Below, one piece after another: positions 19,979 to 29,420 of a stretch of DNA of 64,000 nucleotides. The notes under the pieces were generated by a model. It ran no database searches. It was not told where the DNA came from and saw only the letters and a list, made by a program, of their open reading frames with translations. The stretch's first letter is position 1. Each line of letters opens with the position of its first letter. This DNA is from Pseudomonadales bacterium (GTDB taxonomy: Bacteria > Pseudomonadota > Gammaproteobacteria > Pseudomonadales > Azotimanducaceae). The stretch lies in NCBI GenBank assembly GCA_021295855.1, contig JAGWBO010000001.1, positions 11,134-75,133 on the forward strand, given 5' to 3'. Both the position numbers and the translations under genes were made by a program.

Positions 19979-21094
19979 TCAATGTTTGGGAGTGCGCCAG
20001 CGTAACGGTTTGGCGTAACGATCGATATCTTCGACGACGTCGAAGATCAACGCAAATAGCGCCATGCGGATAAGTACGCCGTTCTGCGTCTGGCGGAAGA
20101 TTGCCAGATTCGGGTTGGTATCAAGGTCTTCGTCCAATTCCTGACTTTGCGCCCTTGAGTCGCGAGGTAATGGGTGCATGATGACGGTATTCGACTCGCA
20201 ATATTGCGAGTAGATTTCCTGATTCAAGCGAAAAAGACCGCGATAGTAATTCGCTTCTTCCTGCGATGCGAACCGTTCCTCTTGTACACGGGTGACATAC
20301 AAGATGTCGACGTGCTGAATGCCTTCGCGTAGGTCATGTGACTCTGATACCCGAGCGCCTGCTTTGCGTAAAAGCTCAATTAGTTCGGGTGGGGTATCCA
20401 GTCCCTTCGGTGAAGCGAGCTGCACCGTTACTTTTTTGAAAAGCGTTAGTAACTTCAGTAGCGAATGAACCGCTCGCCCGTTTGTCAGGTCACCAATAAG
20501 CGCGATACGAAAGTCATCAACGCTTTTATCCTGTGACTCAAGCTCCTTACGGATTGTGTAGAGATCCAAGAGCGCTTGCGACGGGTGTTCATTCGCGCCA
20601 TCTCCACCGTTTATGACGGGAACCTGAGATGCCGTTGCGAATTCTTCAGCGGAACCTATTTCTGGATGACGGATCACGATCACATCGCTATAGCCAGACA
20701 ACACGCGCGCGAAATCACGCATGGACTCGCCCTTGACGATGGAGGATGATTCGATACCGGTGGTTTCGCGGACGTTGCCACCAAGCAGGTTAAACGCACT
20801 TCCAAATGACACACGCGTACGTGTGCTAGGTTCGAAGAACATGTTGGAAAGGATGGCGCCTTCAAGCGCTCGGGTAATACGTTCACGACCTGCGAATGGT
20901 CGCATGCGATCGGCGACTTGGAAGATTTCCTCAACATCGGCGCGTTCGAACTGCTGCACCGAAAGGATGTGATCGCCGTGAAAGTTCAGATTCGTACTCG
21001 AGATACAAATGTCGAGCGAAGCTACGCTTCGTCGCGACGCGCATTTTAAAAGACTGTGTCGTCTTGATCCGAGTCGTGCGCAGATTTCCCGCAA
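19979..21094 (-). CDS. pyrB: aspartate carbamoyltransferase catalytic subunit
   Basis: Motifs FFEPSTRTR, HPSQALLD and HPLPR. The ORF has about 36 extra N-terminal codons relative to the usual start (ILSVQQF...). I found no ATG/GTG/TTG closer in. Confidence 0.85.
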   Translation of the reverse strand: MREICARLGSRRHSLLKCASRRSVASLDICISSTNLNFHGDHILSVQQFERADVEEIFQVADRMRPFAGRERITRALEGAILSNMFFEPSTRTRVSFGSAFNLLGGNVRETTGIESSSIVKGESMRDFARVLSGYSDVIVIRHPEIGSAEEFATASQVPVINGGDGANEHPSQALLDLYTIRKELESQDKSVDDFRIALIGDLTNGRAVHSLLKLLTLFKKVTVQLASPKGLDTPPELIELLRKAGARVSESHDLREGIQHVDILYVTRVQEERFASQEEANYYRGLFRLNQEIYSQYCESNTVIMHPLPRDSRAQSQELDEDLDTNPNLAIFRQTQNGVLIRMALFALIFDVVEDIDRYAKPLRWRTPKH

Positions 21095-21256
21095 CGAAGT
21101 TCAGGCAAGAACAGAGTTAACCGTTGCGGTCTGATGCGCACCTGAATTTTCTCTTAGATAAATGCGTTGAGGACGTGGGTTGAATTCGATACGAGAACGA
21201 AGTTTCTGCGTCCACGCGTGTCGAATCACTCAGGAACACACACTAAACTTTAAAAA

Positions 21257-21868
21257 TTGAGCGTGCTTCATTCATCAATGGAAGCGAATTGCTGGGAGGG
21301 TTCATTGAAGAGTCGCGGATGGCAGACAGTCTTCCGATCGCTCGCCAGCGTGTGTATGTGCATGCTCTGCTTCACGGTCACAGGGAATGACGAAAATCGA
21401 GATAACGAACTTTTCCTTACGATCGATGAGGAGAGCGTTGCGTTCCCTGATGTTGCAGCCACAGCACAACCCGCGCCTACGTTGACGATTCGTACGGGCG
21501 AATGGACATTTTCCGTGCAGCAGGAGCCAAGCCAGAAAGTCCTACTTGCAGAGTCAACGGATGTGCGTGTTTCTCAATCAATTACGCAAAACTCGGTCTT
21601 CAAACGCTTCGTTTTCGATTTAAAACGGCAACGCTTCGAACCCATGCGGCAAGAAATCCGAATCGAAGTTTCAGACGAGAGACGTGCTCGACGAATCGAA
21701 CAGCTGAAAGGTGTAATCGATGTCAAACAATTTGAAAAGCTTGGTTTCGCGATTGTCAAGGTAGACACTGAAGTCCACCCGGTGCACGTATTACGCATGC
21801 TGAGGCGAGAGTATGAAGATATCGACGCGCGCATTCTTACGGGATTAATCGACGATAAACCAATGTAG
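21257..21868 (+). CDS. hypothetical secreted/membrane-anchored protein with an inhibitor-I9 (subtilisin propeptide)-like C-terminal half
   Basis: Hydrophobic N-terminal segment (SLASVCMCMLCFTV). The C-terminus IDVKQFEKLGFAIVKVDTEVHPVHVLRMLRREYEDIDARI resembles the beta-alpha-beta pattern of I9 propeptides, from memory. It lies 24 bp upstream of the S8 protease. Confidence 0.4.
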   Translation: MSVLHSSMEANCWEGSLKSRGWQTVFRSLASVCMCMLCFTVTGNDENRDNELFLTIDEESVAFPDVAATAQPAPTLTIRTGEWTFSVQQEPSQKVLLAESTDVRVSQSITQNSVFKRFVFDLKRQRFEPMRQEIRIEVSDERRARRIEQLKGVIDVKQFEKLGFAIVKVDTEVHPVHVLRMLRREYEDIDARILTGLIDDKPM

Positions 21869-21892
21869 GCGAATCAGGACGTAAATTCTTCG

Positions 21893-24463
21893 ATGCGATT
21901 GTTCGGGTTGGACTCGCGGATTGGACGGCATCTCTCCGTGGTTGTGTTGCTAGCGGCGTTATGTGGTCCATTAGTGCAGATTCAAGCACAGGAGGTACCG
22001 ACTCATCACGACGACGACCGCGTTTCTGTTGCGTTTGACGTCGAAGAGTTTTCGGTTCTTGAATACGAAAGCTATGCGTTCGACGTCAAGCTGGTGGCAG
22101 ATCAACCTGTGACTGACCGACTCGTCGTAAGACTGAACTTGAGTGGGACCGCCACCCGAAATGTGGACTATGAAATCGCTTCAACGCTCGTGACGTTCGA
22201 GGAAGGTGAGGAAGTCGCACTTGTTCGGTTTGAGCCATTGCGAGACTGGATCTGGGAAGGCGACGAGACGATACAACTCGAAATAGATTCTTTTCTGGGG
22301 AATGGTCAAGTCGGTTCGCCCTCAGTAGCGGAGATCACAGTCCTAGACGATGAGTTTAAGCCGGTGGAAGGTGAGCCCAATTACCGCGAATTGCGCAAAC
22401 TCTCCGACATCTATACCTTCAGTTATATGAGAATCGAAGAGGATCGTATTTGGGTTGCAGTGATCGTGCGCAATCATGGTGCATTACCGTCAGAGCAGAC
22501 AAGAGTCACGCTAACGCTCGCCGACGACGCAGCGGGTGAAAACGTCGTGCATAGCGCATCGAGGATCGTGCCGGAACTGAGTGGTCGCGAAGCAGCAAAT
22601 CGTTCTGATTCGTTTTGGGGCGAGTGGATTGTGATTCATACGAACGGATTAAGACCTTCGACCATCTACTACGGTGAAATCATCCTTGAGACATACGAAG
22701 GAGAAGCGTACACGTTCAACAACGACGACAGTTTTGGCTTTGTGCTAGACGCGCAGAAACACGTTCAATCGCAATGTGATCATGAAGCGACAGGCCTGGT
22801 AACTGGTACGGATCCGTTTTTGTCTGAACAGTGGTACATTCAAAATAACGGGCAGCGGGCGTTCTCTCGAAGCAGGGCACGTTTTGGCGAGGACCTTCAC
22901 ATGCACGACACCATCGCAGAAGGTGTCGTAGGACAGGACGTCAAAGTCGCCATTGTTGATACCGGATTAGAGATTTGCCATCCCGATCTGGTCGAGAACA
23001 TCGAGGCAGACAAGTCCTACAACTTTCTAACTGTAGCGAGTAATACGGATTACGTGTACGGATCGGTAGTTTCAGATCCTTTCAATCCAAATATATATGG
23101 TGATCACGGCACAAGCGTCGGAGGATTAGTAGGTGCTACAGCGAACAACGGGATTGGAATTCGTGGTATTGCACCGAACGTGCGGTTGCGTGGTTTCAAC
23201 TATCTCCTGTTCGGTACTGATGCATCTGAATTCGCCAGCTTAGGTGGCAGCTCAAGTGAACCAGACTCAACGGACGTCGACATCTTCAATATGAGCTACG
23301 GTTCCACGAGCTGGCGCGAACCCAATGAGGATACGTATCGGTTGTTTGAAGTTGGGACGTCTGAATTACGCGACGAGAAAGGCGCGATTTACGTAAAGTC
23401 TGCTGGAAACGGCTGGCGTGGCTGTGACACGATATTTCATCCGATTCATCGGGAAATCGGTTGCACCAGTACAGCCTCAGACTACAAGCACCGGATCCCG
23501 TATCTGTTGACTGTCGGCGCACTTGATGCCGATGGCAGACCGGCGCCGTATTCAAGTAGCGGCTCGAATATTTGGATCTCGGCACCGGCAGGATGGTGGG
23601 GTCGCAATCAACCTGCGCTTCTGACAACCGATCAAATCGGCGAAGAACGAGGGTATCACCTATACGGATCGTACGGGCTACGCCCCGAAAACCAGCATTC
23701 GGGCGGAGACTATATCAGCACGTTCAATGGGACATCGGGCGCGGCGGGGATCGTCTCTGGTGTTGTTGCTTTATTACTCGAAGAGCAACCGGACTTGACG
23801 TGGCGCGATGTTAAGCATGTACTGGCTTCCACTGCCCGCGAATCGTATGTCGATACGCGAAGAATCCGTGTTGTGCTTGGCGATGAGGCATACACGCTAC
23901 TTAATGCGTGGCAACTGAACGACGCTGGCTACGCGTATCACAATCGGTACGGATTCGGTGCCGTGGATGTGGATCGCGCGATGGAATTCTTGGCTACCTA
24001 TAAACCGAATTCGTTAGGTGAATTTCGTAAAACCGAGTGGCTCACAATGGAACTCTCAGATAAATTAGAGATTCCAGATGGTGACGGGACTGGAACGACC
24101 ATTGAGATGGCTGTCGAGTCTCCTCGCAGCGCAGAGATGTCACTCGAAGCGGAATTGGAAGCGTTTGCTGCCTCGAATATTGAAATGGTCCAGGTGCAGA
24201 TTGAACTCGAACATGAAGATGTCAGTCACCTGGGGGTAACGCTGATCTCGCCGTCCGGGATGGAGAGTATCGTAAATCCAGTCTTTAACGATGCGCTGCC
24301 TCGCGATCCATCCGAGGTTAAGACGTTTTTATTCGCTTCAAATGCTTTTTATGGTGAATCACCCGTCGGTAATTGGAAAATCAAGATCGTCGACGCGATG
24401 GCAGGCGAGACTGGTACACTGAATGACATTCAACTAAGGATTTATTACGGCTCACACCCCTAG
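21893..24463 (+). CDS. secreted subtilisin/kexin-like serine protease (S8) with N-terminal Calx-beta domain and C-terminal proprotein-convertase P-domain
   Basis: Signal peptide present. Calx-beta-like region (LSGTATRNVDYE..TLVTFEEGEE..EGDETIQLEI). Catalytic triad contexts VAIVDTGLE (Asp), GDHGTSVGG (His) and NGTSGAAGIVSG (Ser). P-domain string HLGVTLISPSGMES...GESPVGNWKIKIVD. Confidence 0.85.
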   Translation: MRLFGLDSRIGRHLSVVVLLAALCGPLVQIQAQEVPTHHDDDRVSVAFDVEEFSVLEYESYAFDVKLVADQPVTDRLVVRLNLSGTATRNVDYEIASTLVTFEEGEEVALVRFEPLRDWIWEGDETIQLEIDSFLGNGQVGSPSVAEITVLDDEFKPVEGEPNYRELRKLSDIYTFSYMRIEEDRIWVAVIVRNHGALPSEQTRVTLTLADDAAGENVVHSASRIVPELSGREAANRSDSFWGEWIVIHTNGLRPSTIYYGEIILETYEGEAYTFNNDDSFGFVLDAQKHVQSQCDHEATGLVTGTDPFLSEQWYIQNNGQRAFSRSRARFGEDLHMHDTIAEGVVGQDVKVAIVDTGLEICHPDLVENIEADKSYNFLTVASNTDYVYGSVVSDPFNPNIYGDHGTSVGGLVGATANNGIGIRGIAPNVRLRGFNYLLFGTDASEFASLGGSSSEPDSTDVDIFNMSYGSTSWREPNEDTYRLFEVGTSELRDEKGAIYVKSAGNGWRGCDTIFHPIHREIGCTSTASDYKHRIPYLLTVGALDADGRPAPYSSSGSNIWISAPAGWWGRNQPALLTTDQIGEERGYHLYGSYGLRPENQHSGGDYISTFNGTSGAAGIVSGVVALLLEEQPDLTWRDVKHVLASTARESYVDTRRIRVVLGDEAYTLLNAWQLNDAGYAYHNRYGFGAVDVDRAMEFLATYKPNSLGEFRKTEWLTMELSDKLEIPDGDGTGTTIEMAVESPRSAEMSLEAELEAFAASNIEMVQVQIELEHEDVSHLGVTLISPSGMESIVNPVFNDALPRDPSEVKTFLFASNAFYGESPVGNWKIKIVDAMAGETGTLNDIQLRIYYGSHP

Positions 24464-24693
24464 TCTGAACTCATTGCATTTCAGTCTCACAGTAAAGATC
24501 AGGTCATGTCGTTTACTGAGGACGCCGAATTTTGGTGTTACCTTTACCTATGTAGCCGTTAGGCCGGATACCAACTTAAAATTGATTCGTTGTCCAGACC
24601 GTGGAATGTCTGCGCTTGAGCGACATCGACGAATACCCGCAGAATAAGGCGAACACCGACGGCCAAGCGAGTAATGGCGCGTCGGTCGCTACG

Positions 24694-26151
24694 ATGCGAC
24701 CTCTCCCATTCGGATTTGCACGCCGTTTTGGTGTATTGATAGATTATCAAAACGGGATACCTGTTGTCGTTCATAAACCACCACTCGAATTGTCGGTGGT
24801 CGCTGAAGTACAGCGCTTCCTGCGAACTACGGCGCAATTTCAAGCAGTAAGCAATGACGAATTCGACGTACTTCTTTCGACGACATACGCCGATCTGAAT
24901 TCCGACACGCGTCAGATCGTGGAGGACTTAGGTGAAGAGATCGATCTGGCAACACTTGCTGAATCCCTGCCGGATGAAAGCGATCTTTTAGAACAAGAAG
25001 GCGATGCTCCTGTCATCCGCCTTATCAATGCATTAATAGCGGAAGCGCTCCGAGAGAATGCTTCCGACATCCACATCGAGACATTTGAAACGAGCGTTCG
25101 CGTCCGTTTTCGAATCGACGGCGTACTTCGTGAAGTAGGGACGCCAAAGCGCGCGCTCGCGCCCCTTATCGTGTCGCGTATCAAAGTCATGTCGAAACTT
25201 GACATTGCTGAACGCCGAGTACCACAAGACGGTAGAACGACCGTCAGGATCGGCGGGCGCGAACTCGATGTTCGTGTCTCGGTCATGCCGACCGGGAGCG
25301 GCGAACGTGTCGTATTGCGTCTCCTGGACAAGCAATCTGACCGGCTCACGCTCCCAGCGCTCGGAATGGACGAATTGACGTTGACGGGTGTGCGTGAACT
25401 CATGCGTGCACCGCATGGGATCTTTCTGGTAACCGGTCCGACAGGTAGTGGTAAGACGACGACCTTGTACGCGTCGCTTTCCGAATTGGACACGGACGTG
25501 CTCAACGTCCTTACCGTCGAGGATCCAATTGAGTACAACCTTCATGGCATTGGTCAAACCCAAGTCAACACGAAAACTGGGATGACCTTCGCTGCTGGCT
25601 TAAGAGCAATGCTGCGGCAGGATCCGGATATCGTGATGGTAGGTGAGATTCGCGATTTCGAGACGGCGGAGATTGCGATTAGGGCGAGTTTGACGGGTCA
25701 TTTGGTGCTTTCGACGTTACACACGAACACGGCGATAGGCGCGGTCACGCGGCTTATCGACATGGGTTTGCAGTCCTATCTGCTATCCTCAAGTCTGATT
25801 GGAGTGCTAGCTCAACGCCTCGTGCGCGTACTTTGCACCTCGTGTCGCGAACTAGGCGAGCCGGATGCGGCTGAAGCGAACTTTCTTGGGATCGATCAGA
25901 GCCACCACATCTACCATGCAGTTGGCTGCGAAGTGTGTCATGGCACCGGATTCCAAGGGCGAACAGGAATCTACGAACTAATCAAGGTAGATAACGAACT
26001 GCGCGAGACCATCCACGAGCATTCTTCGGAACAGCTGTTGAAGCAAGCCGTGGTGAGTAAATCTGGCAGCATTCGCGAGGATGGTCGTCGTAAAGTGCTG
26101 AACGGCATCACTACAGTTCAGGAAGTACTCCGCGTCACGCTGGACGACTGA
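24694..26151 (+). CDS. gspE: type II secretion system ATPase GspE
   Basis: N-terminus MRPLPFGFARRFGVL. Walker A GPTGSGKTT, Asp/His boxes, and a tetracysteine motif CxxC...CxxC. The ORF-track GTG start is at 24601. Confidence 0.9.
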   Translation: MRPLPFGFARRFGVLIDYQNGIPVVVHKPPLELSVVAEVQRFLRTTAQFQAVSNDEFDVLLSTTYADLNSDTRQIVEDLGEEIDLATLAESLPDESDLLEQEGDAPVIRLINALIAEALRENASDIHIETFETSVRVRFRIDGVLREVGTPKRALAPLIVSRIKVMSKLDIAERRVPQDGRTTVRIGGRELDVRVSVMPTGSGERVVLRLLDKQSDRLTLPALGMDELTLTGVRELMRAPHGIFLVTGPTGSGKTTTLYASLSELDTDVLNVLTVEDPIEYNLHGIGQTQVNTKTGMTFAAGLRAMLRQDPDIVMVGEIRDFETAEIAIRASLTGHLVLSTLHTNTAIGAVTRLIDMGLQSYLLSSSLIGVLAQRLVRVLCTSCRELGEPDAAEANFLGIDQSHHIYHAVGCEVCHGTGFQGRTGIYELIKVDNELRETIHEHSSEQLLKQAVVSKSGSIREDGRRKVLNGITTVQEVLRVTLDD

Positions 26152-26153
26152 TC

Positions 26154-27365
26154 TTGACAGCATTTGAATACGTCGCGCTCAACGACCAAGGAAGCGCGAA
26201 GAAAGGCATCCTTGAAGGCGACAGTAGTCGCCATGTACGCCAACTACTCCGTGAACGCGGTTTGACCCCGGTTGAAGTCACGGTTACGCGAGCAAACGTC
26301 CACGGCAGTAATTGGCTTCAGTGGTGGCGTCGAATTCCGCCGATGGAACTCGCGTTGATCACCCGGCAGGTGGCTACGATGGTTGGCGCGGGTTTGGCGA
26401 TCGAAGAAGCCATCCAAGCAGTCGCGCAACAATCGAGCAGTCGGAAAGCGACCTCGGTGCTCATGACGGTTCGCGGCAACGTGATGCAAGGACAGTCACT
26501 CAGTGCCTCACTTGGAGAATTTCCCCAGACTTTCTCATCGATGTTTCGTGCGACGGTCGCGGCCGGTGAGCAATCTGGATTTCTCGACACCGTACTCGAA
26601 AACCTCGCCGACTATCTCGAGCGTTCCTACGAAACGCGACGCAATGTTGAGATGGCGCTTTACTACCCCGTGATATTGCTCGTTTGTGCAATAGCGATTG
26701 TGGTGTTAGTGATGACCTATGTAATCCCCGACATCGTCGAAGTCTTCGACACGTCAGGGGCAACGCTACCCGCGATCACGAGTGCGTTAATCGCAACTAG
26801 TGACTTGCTCCGAGCATATGGATGGATGATCGTAATAGGTATCGCCGCGGCGTTCATTGTTTTCAATCTCGCACTACGACAAGTCACATTTCGACTGGCG
26901 TGGGATCGTTTCAAACTCGGTGTGCCTGTGCTTAGGTGGCTGGTGAGGTCGACGAGCGCGTCTCGCTATGCGAGTACGCTCGCGATCTTGGGAAAAAGTG
27001 GCGTACCGCTCGTTGAAGCGATGCGGATCGCATCGGAGGTCGTTTCGAATGTTTGGATAAATACGAGACTGAGCGAAGCAGTTGCTAAAGTAAGTGAAGG
27101 TTCATCGCTTCGAAACGCGCTTGAAGCGACAGGGAACTTCCCACCTATTTTTCTCCACATGATTGCGAGCGGCGAATCGAGTGGGACGTTAGATGAACTC
27201 ATGGCGAAGGCTGCAGACTTCCAACAGCGCGAACTTGAAAGACGAGTCGAAACTCTCGTGCAACTCTTCCGCCCGATGATGTTGCTCGTCATGGCGGGCG
27301 TGGTGCTATTGATCATGCTGGCCATGCTGCTGCCGATTCTCAACATGAATGCCTTGGTGCTATAA
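26154..27365 (+). CDS. gspF: type II secretion system inner-membrane platform protein GspF
   Basis: MTAFEYVALNDQG start and two GspF repeats with 3 TM segments. 403 aa. Starts 2 bp after the gspE stop. Confidence 0.9.
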   Translation: MTAFEYVALNDQGSAKKGILEGDSSRHVRQLLRERGLTPVEVTVTRANVHGSNWLQWWRRIPPMELALITRQVATMVGAGLAIEEAIQAVAQQSSSRKATSVLMTVRGNVMQGQSLSASLGEFPQTFSSMFRATVAAGEQSGFLDTVLENLADYLERSYETRRNVEMALYYPVILLVCAIAIVVLVMTYVIPDIVEVFDTSGATLPAITSALIATSDLLRAYGWMIVIGIAAAFIVFNLALRQVTFRLAWDRFKLGVPVLRWLVRSTSASRYASTLAILGKSGVPLVEAMRIASEVVSNVWINTRLSEAVAKVSEGSSLRNALEATGNFPPIFLHMIASGESSGTLDELMAKAADFQQRELERRVETLVQLFRPMMLLVMAGVVLLIMLAMLLPILNMNALVL

Positions 27366-27366
27366 C

Positions 27367-27804
27367 GTGGATATACAAACAATCCGACGAGCGCGTGAAC
27401 GTGGATTCACGCTTCTCGAAATCATGGTAGTTGTGATCATCATTGGGGTGTTAGCGGTAATCGTGGTTCAGAACGTATTGCCTCAAGCGGATAAGGCACG
27501 AATCACCGCGACGAAAGCGGACATCCGTACGTTAGCTGCAGCCCTTGACACGTACCGACTGGATAACAGCTTTTACCCGTCGACTAACCAAGGACTTGAA
27601 GCGTTAGTTGCACAACCCAGCGGCACGCCCGAGGCACGTAACTGGGGACCTGAGCCTTACATGCGAAAGTTGCCAACCGACCCTTGGGGAAACACCTACG
27701 TCTACACGAACGATGGCTTTGTGTTCGAGATTGTGTCTTTTGGCGCTGACGGTGAAGAAGGTGGCGACGGTGTCTCGGCGGATATCAAGTTCTCTGATCT
27801 GTAA
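27367..27804 (+). CDS. gspG: type II secretion major pseudopilin GspG
   Basis: Prepilin leader plus GFTLLEIMVVVIIIGVLA. The C-terminal DPWGNTYVY...FGADG motif is typical of GspG. I infer a GTG start right after the gspF stop; the ORF-track start is 27349. Confidence 0.9.
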   Translation: MDIQTIRRARERGFTLLEIMVVVIIIGVLAVIVVQNVLPQADKARITATKADIRTLAAALDTYRLDNSFYPSTNQGLEALVAQPSGTPEARNWGPEPYMRKLPTDPWGNTYVYTNDGFVFEIVSFGADGEEGGDGVSADIKFSDL

Positions 27805-27830
27805 GCGCCGAGCTGGTTAGCTCGACCGTT

Positions 27831-28385
27831 ATGCGACGAAGTCGGCGAAATAACGTTATTCGGCGAGCAGGCTTTTCGTTACTCGAACTTCTCACCGTGT
27901 TAATCATCATCGGAGTGCTCGCTGGCGCTGTTGTGCTTAGCTATACCGGCGCGACGGAAACCCGTACGCTTCATACTCATGCCGAAAGATTCATGTTCAC
28001 GGTGGAACTAGCACGTCAGCAGTCGACACTCACCAATGAGATCTGGGGCGTGAGATTGCGTTCGGATTCGTATGAATTTATGCGCATTCTCGATGATGAT
28101 GAATGGCACGTCGTCGCTGAATCACCGTTTCAATTCACGTCCGTAGGTACTGATTACGCCATTCGAAGCAGATTGCTTGGTAAGTCGCAAAGTGCGCGAT
28201 CCTTCGCATCACAAAAGTTCGTGCCAGACATTGCAATCTACCCGAGCGGTGAAATCAGTCCGTTCGAAATGACGTTGACACATCTAATCACTCAAATGGA
28301 ACGCTACGTGATTAGTGATGGCATACAACGAGCCGTGGTGTCTGACGAGCCCTACCGACCGGTTGCCAAAACCGATGAAAGTTAG
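27831..28385 (+). CDS. gspH: type II secretion minor pseudopilin GspH
   Basis: GFSLLELLTVLIIIGVLAG prepilin N-terminus. Its position follows gspG. Confidence 0.75.
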   Translation: MRRSRRNNVIRRAGFSLLELLTVLIIIGVLAGAVVLSYTGATETRTLHTHAERFMFTVELARQQSTLTNEIWGVRLRSDSYEFMRILDDDEWHVVAESPFQFTSVGTDYAIRSRLLGKSQSARSFASQKFVPDIAIYPSGEISPFEMTLTHLITQMERYVISDGIQRAVVSDEPYRPVAKTDES

Positions 28386-28788
28386 GCGTCACGGTCGCTC
28401 AAGCGGCTTCACCTTGCTCGAGATGATGGTGGCAATCGGCATCCTTGCGGTAGCGTCAGCGGCTGTGTTCTTCAGTAACTCTGAAGCTTTGCAGGCGCAG
28501 GCGCGTCTCGAGGAGCAGACAGTAGCGCAATGGGTTCTTGCGAATCAGATTGCCTTCTATCGTCTTGCGCAAGAGATGGATACGAGTGCACTCCACGCGA
28601 CTGCAAACGCATCACTTAGTCCTCAACAGATGAGTGTTGCAGGCTACGAACTCGAAGTAACAGCGACCGTATTGCCTTCGGACTTCGTTGGAGTTCGCCA
28701 TATCCGTTGGGAGGTCTACCGGATTATCGATCGCGATCGGATCGGGCCTATTCGTACTCTCACGGCATGGGTTCGCGATCAGAAATGA
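28375..28788 (+). CDS. gspI: type II secretion minor pseudopilin GspI
   Basis: MKVRRHGRSSGFTLLEMMVAIGILAV prepilin N-terminus. Size (about 137 aa) and gene order fit GspI. Confidence 0.75.
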   Translation: MKVRRHGRSSGFTLLEMMVAIGILAVASAAVFFSNSEALQAQARLEEQTVAQWVLANQIAFYRLAQEMDTSALHATANASLSPQQMSVAGYELEVTATVLPSDFVGVRHIRWEVYRIIDRDRIGPIRTLTAWVRDQK

Positions 28789-29420
28789 GACTTCGTGGCT
28801 TCACGCTCCTCGAAATGATCGTGACAGTATTCATCTTCGGCATAGTTGGTGTGGTTGCAGTGCAGCTGCTTGCACAATCGGTGCGAACTACGGAGAAAGT
28901 CATCCATCGAAGCGCAGTACTCGGTGAGTGGCATCGTGCGATGAACATCCTCGAGCAAGATGTGGTGCAGGTGAACCACCGTGAAGTACGTGACGAACAC
29001 GGGGACTATCAACCTGGCGTGCTAGTCGATGCGTCAGGTCAGATTGAATTTACTCGAAACGGGTGGCGGAATATTCTCGGCCATCAGCGATCTGAACAAC
29101 AACGCGTCGCGTATTTTCTGCATGAAAACCAGCTTTTTCGCCGCTATTGGGATGTGCTTGATCGCGCGCAAGACTCAGAACCGATCGATCAGTTACTCCT
29201 GCAGAACGTCTACTCGGTCGAATTCGAAATGATCGACCGCACGGGGCGGGAACACTATTTCTGGCCGCCGAGTTCGTATACCGATTCGACTGAAACCTAC
29301 AGTCCGTTGGTCGGTATCCGTGTGACGTTGGAATTGGCTGAACTGGGAACTATCACGCATCTTTGGTTAGTGCCTGAAAATCTGCGAAATTCAAGCGCGA
29401 GTGAGGCGATTGAATCATGA
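28785..29420 (+). CDS. gspJ: type II secretion minor pseudopilin GspJ
   Basis: MRLRGFTLLEMIVTVFIFGIV prepilin N-terminus. ATGA overlap with gspI, and position in the operon. Confidence 0.75.
   Translation: MRLRGFTLLEMIVTVFIFGIVGVVAVQLLAQSVRTTEKVIHRSAVLGEWHRAMNILEQDVVQVNHREVRDEHGDYQPGVLVDASGQIEFTRNGWRNILGHQRSEQQRVAYFLHENQLFRRYWDVLDRAQDSEPIDQLLLQNVYSVEFEMIDRTGREHYFWPPSSYTDSTETYSPLVGIRVTLELAELGTITHLWLVPENLRNSSASEAIES

Noticed and set aside
24912-25563. Two long antisense ORFs (208 and 176 aa) inside gspE
   Set aside because: They lie opposite the conserved GspE ATPase core. They are Ser/Arg-rich junk translations with no independent start or SD signal.
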